Shown here: one piece after another, positions 63,250 to 64,000 of the stretch
Position numbering within the stretch: position 1 is the first letter of the stretch
Layout of the letters: every line of letters begins with the position of its first letter
Origin: an uncultured Chthonomonadaceae bacterium
GTDB taxonomy: Bacteria; Armatimonadota; Chthonomonadetes; Chthonomonadales; Chthonomonadaceae
NCBI GenBank assembly: GCA_963817895.1
Contig: CAWFQB010000006.1
Span: 96,001 to 160,000 of the forward strand
DNA length: 64,000 nt
Reading direction: 5' to 3'
The notes under the pieces: model-generated
Told to the model about the DNA's origin: nothing
Databases searched by the model: none
The model's input: the letters and a program-made list of their open reading frames with translations, nothing else
Program-made: the position numbers and the translations under genes

Positions 63250-64000
63250 TCAAAGCGGTGTACCGGGTTCGGGCCAGCCGTCTGGTGTCCAGATAAGCGG
63301 GCGGATTTGCAGGGTGGGGACGCCATTGGCGGCTTTGTCGTAGTAGTGGTAGGCGAGGTAGTCTGTTCCCGCGTCGCGCATAATGGCGCAATGGCCGGGG
63401 CCGATGACGTTACCCTGTGAGGCGAGAACGAGGGTTCCGCCGCCGTCTAGCAATGCTTTGCCGTCGCGGTCTGCATACGGGCCTTCGACGTTGGTGGCGC
63501 GTCCGACGCGGATATTGTACGTGCTGTTGACGCCCCGGCAGCAGAAGTCGAAGGACACGAACAGATAAAAGAATTTGCCGCGCTTGATGAGGAAGGGCGC
63601 TTCCATCGCATCGGGCGAGGGGCGGCGGGCAAGGGCGATCACGCTGTTTTGAGTATTGGCATTTTGGTCAGTGCTTCGATTGCCTGCGGCTGGTGGAAAT
63701 GGTTTGCCGGTATGCGCGTCGAGATAGAGGAGTTTGATGCCCGACCAGAACGAGCCAAAGGTGAGCGCGAGTTTATCTTTCGACAGCGGCAGAATGTTGG
63801 GATCAATGGCGTTGTAATCGTCGTGTTGCGTGGATTCGAAAACCTTGCCCTCATCCGTCCAATGGTATTCTTGACTTGCCGGATCGAGCGTTTTGTTGGA
63901 AGCGGTTCCGATCAGCGAATGGTTTTTGCCGAACGTAGATACGGTGTAGTACAGGTGAAAGCGTCCGTTGTAAAAACTGATGTCGGGCGCCCAGATTCCC
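63250..64000 (-). CDS. GH43 arabinan endo-1,5-alpha-L-arabinosidase, 3' part
   Basis: One open frame from the window end: WAPDIS, NAIDP, FGSFWSGIK, EAPF, SFDFCC and GPGH motifs. Confidence 0.92.
   Translation of the reverse strand, partial: GIWAPDISFYNGRFHLYYTVSTFGKNHSLIGTASNKTLDPASQEYHWTDEGKVFESTQHDDYNAIDPNILPLSKDKLALTFGSFWSGIKLLYLDAHTGKPFPPAAGNRSTDQNANTQNSVIALARRPSPDAMEAPFLIKRGKFFYLFVSFDFCCRGVNSTYNIRVGRATNVEGPYADRDGKALLDGGGTLVLASQGNVIGPGHCAIMRDAGTDYLAYHYYDKAANGVPTLQIRPLIWTPDGWPEPGTPL

Overview
GC-rich bacterial chromosome segment, probably Armatimonadota or a PVC-like lineage (inferred from PEP-CTERM, DUF1501, DUF4058, Uma2 and planctomycete-type cytochrome genes). Many genes are split by single-base indels, which points to long-read assembly error. 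The backbone is ordinary: DAHP synthase, sugar ABC transporter, alpha-2-macroglobulin/VanW locus, Csp and RRM RNA chaperones, three tRNAs, XPB helicase, amidase, dipeptide epimerase and a GH43 enzyme. The standout is a minus-strand retron operon at 36735-44679. It encodes a retron-type RT, a SWIM-BRCT protein and a large LVIVD/alpha-solenoid protein, resembling type XIII (Mx162-like) retrons. It is headed by THREE tandem, apparently complete but sequence-divergent msr-msd ncRNA units. Each unit has its own a1/a2 arms, a putative branching G and a perfect 24-26 bp msd stem. Also present are an IS630 that splits a VapB-like antitoxin, an IS3-family element inside a lipoprotein gene, a 1.4 kb integrase-less cassette flanked by tRNA-Ser 3' repeats, an NB-ARC-TPR gene, a Septu-like ATPase+HNH pair, MITEs with 8-bp target duplications, and many short tandem repeats, some translated in frame.
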